Assembly: GCA_017467815.1 (NCBI GenBank)
Contig: JAFUKI010000057.1
Location: forward strand, 4,533-68,532
Length of the DNA stretch: 64,000 nucleotides
Direction of reading: 5' to 3'
DNA from: Clostridia bacterium
Lineage (GTDB): Bacteria > Bacillota > Clostridia > Oscillospirales > CAG-272
Shown: positions 63,247 to 64,000 of the stretch, piece after piece
How the letters are laid out: each line of letters begins with the position of its first letter
Numbering within the stretch: the stretch's first letter is position 1
Position numbers and translations under genes: made by a program
Notes under the pieces: model-generated
What the model was told of the DNA's origin: nothing
Database searches by the model: none
The model's input: only the letters and a program-made list of their open reading frames with translations

Positions 63247-64000
63247 CTATACGATCAGACATAGTTTTTCGAGTTGATGCTCGTATTCCGTGGCTGTTGT
63301 TATCAGATAAATGCGGGTCGTATCAATACTGCTGTGTCCAAGTACATCTGCCAGTCTGACAATATCCTTGCACGCCTTATAGAACACAGTGGCAAACAAA
63401 TGTCTGAGGTTATGCGGAAACACCTTGGTGTGTTCCACTCCGGCTTTTGTACAGATATTTTTCATCTCTGCCCATATTTGTTTACGCGACAGACTTTTTC
63501 CGTTGTTTGTGAGAAATATTTCTCCGGCAGCGATTTTTTGTTTTTTGGCGTACTGCAGTAATTTACGGCATAATTTTTTCGGCAGAAGAATACTGCGGAT
63601 CTTCCCTTTGAGAGATATTTCCGTTCTTGCATTTTTTGCCGCAGAAACAGTGATATACTTCAGCTCAGAAACACGTATTCCGCTGGCACATATTGTCTCC
63701 ATCAAGAGTGCAAGTCTTTCCTTGCCCATACCGTATGCTGTTTCAATAAGACGTTCATATTCTGCCCGTGTCAATTCTCTGGATTTTTCACGAAACAGTT
63801 TTCGCTGTATTTTCAAAAACCGCAGCCGGCAGTCATCGCGTCCGATATAATGAAAGAAACCGTTGAGTGCCGCAATCATCGAATTCACGGTAACAGCTGC
63901 ATACTGATTGTTGACAAGCTCGTCCCGCCATGCAAGCGCTATCTCCCGGCTCAAGGATCTACAGCCAAGAAAACACGCGAATTTTTGGATGTCGCGAAGA
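63247..64000 (-). CDS. Tyrosine recombinase (integrase/invertase family); N-terminus lies beyond the right window edge
   Basis: Catalytic signature ASGIRVSEL (Arg), HNLRHLFAT (HxxR), LGHSSIDTTRIY (His ... Tyr nucleophile). My own translation shows the frame stays open upstream of the track start (TTG 63954) to position 64000 (...LRDIQKFACFLGCRS-LSREIALAWRDEL). Confidence 0.88.
   Translation of the reverse strand, partial: LRDIQKFACFLGCRSLSREIALAWRDELVNNQYAAVTVNSMIAALNGFFHYIGRDDCRLRFLKIQRKLFREKSRELTRAEYERLIETAYGMGKERLALLMETICASGIRVSELKYITVSAAKNARTEISLKGKIRSILLPKKLCRKLLQYAKKQKIAAGEIFLTNNGKSLSRKQIWAEMKNICTKAGVEHTKVFPHNLRHLFATVFYKACKDIVRLADVLGHSSIDTTRIYLITTATEYEHQLEKLCLIV

Larger units (their letters stand above)
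62911..63247. promoter_or_regulatory. Candidate invertible DNA switch: one left and two right inverted repeats enclosing a promoter and a terminator
   Basis: GGACAAAATCAGTATTTTG (62911-62929) is the exact reverse complement of CAAAATACTGATTTTGTC(C) at 63176-63193 and 63229-63247. The enclosed segment carries the promoter at 63100-63128 and the hairpin at 62996-63068. See findings. Confidence 0.55.

Noticed and set aside
62865-63247. attL/attR of a tRNA-integrated island, that is, a direct repeat of the tRNA-fMet or tRNA-Leu 3' end near the recombinase.
   Set aside because: No copy of TTCAAATCCGGCCCCCGCAACCA or of the tRNA-Leu 3' end is visible in 62.8-64.0 kb. The repeats present there are unrelated to the tRNAs and are in inverted orientation, which fits a switch better than island ends.

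Overview
This window looks like a Firmicutes/Clostridia-type chromosome. SLH, cohesin and dockerin modules suggest an Oscillospiraceae/Ruminococcus-like organism, but that is inference only. All coordinates of small features were counted by hand and may be off by 1-2 nt.

Core region (1 to about 44.7 kb), well conserved:
- A minus-strand dcw cluster: mraZ, rsmH, ftsL-like, PASTA-PBP, murE, murF, mraY, ftsW, murG and a partial ftsQ-like gene. There is no murD between mraY and ftsW.
- nfo, a yihY-family gene, mltG, a CPBP protease, a 5-formyl-THF cyclo-ligase, a DJ-1 family gene, tmk and ftsK.
- A HAD phosphatase, a YabE-like G5/3D protein and a class-C-like serine hydrolase.
- A NusG_II / Gx-transporter / ApbE operon.
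- miaB, a ylbF-like gene, mutS, mutL, tgt and a lipoate-protein ligase.
- A 1,082-aa SLH surface protein with seven novel ~100-aa repeats.
- A SulP transporter, a yerC-like gene and a methyltransferase.

Accessory region (about 44.7-63.3 kb). After tRNA-Leu(UAA) and an initiator-type tRNA-Met, the sequence becomes visibly AT-richer. It contains:
- A double zinc-ribbon/SHOCT protein.
- An ORF-free 2.6-kb stretch. It holds a promoter-to-terminator structured-RNA candidate, a diverged tandem array with an ~87-bp period, and a CT-rich, inverted-repeat-rich region next to a 69-codon ORF.
- A GH78-like glycosidase and an AP2-domain protein.
- An 11-kb minus-strand operon encoding an AMP-dependent ligase, a 2,412-aa GLUG/SGNH/helical protein ending in a dockerin, and a cohesin+SLH cell-wall anchor.

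Most interesting call: the 340-bp region between that operon and a tyrosine recombinase (which runs off the right edge) looks like an invertible promoter switch, currently in the OFF orientation.

Many long antisense 'shadow' ORFs in the track are rejected as CDS.
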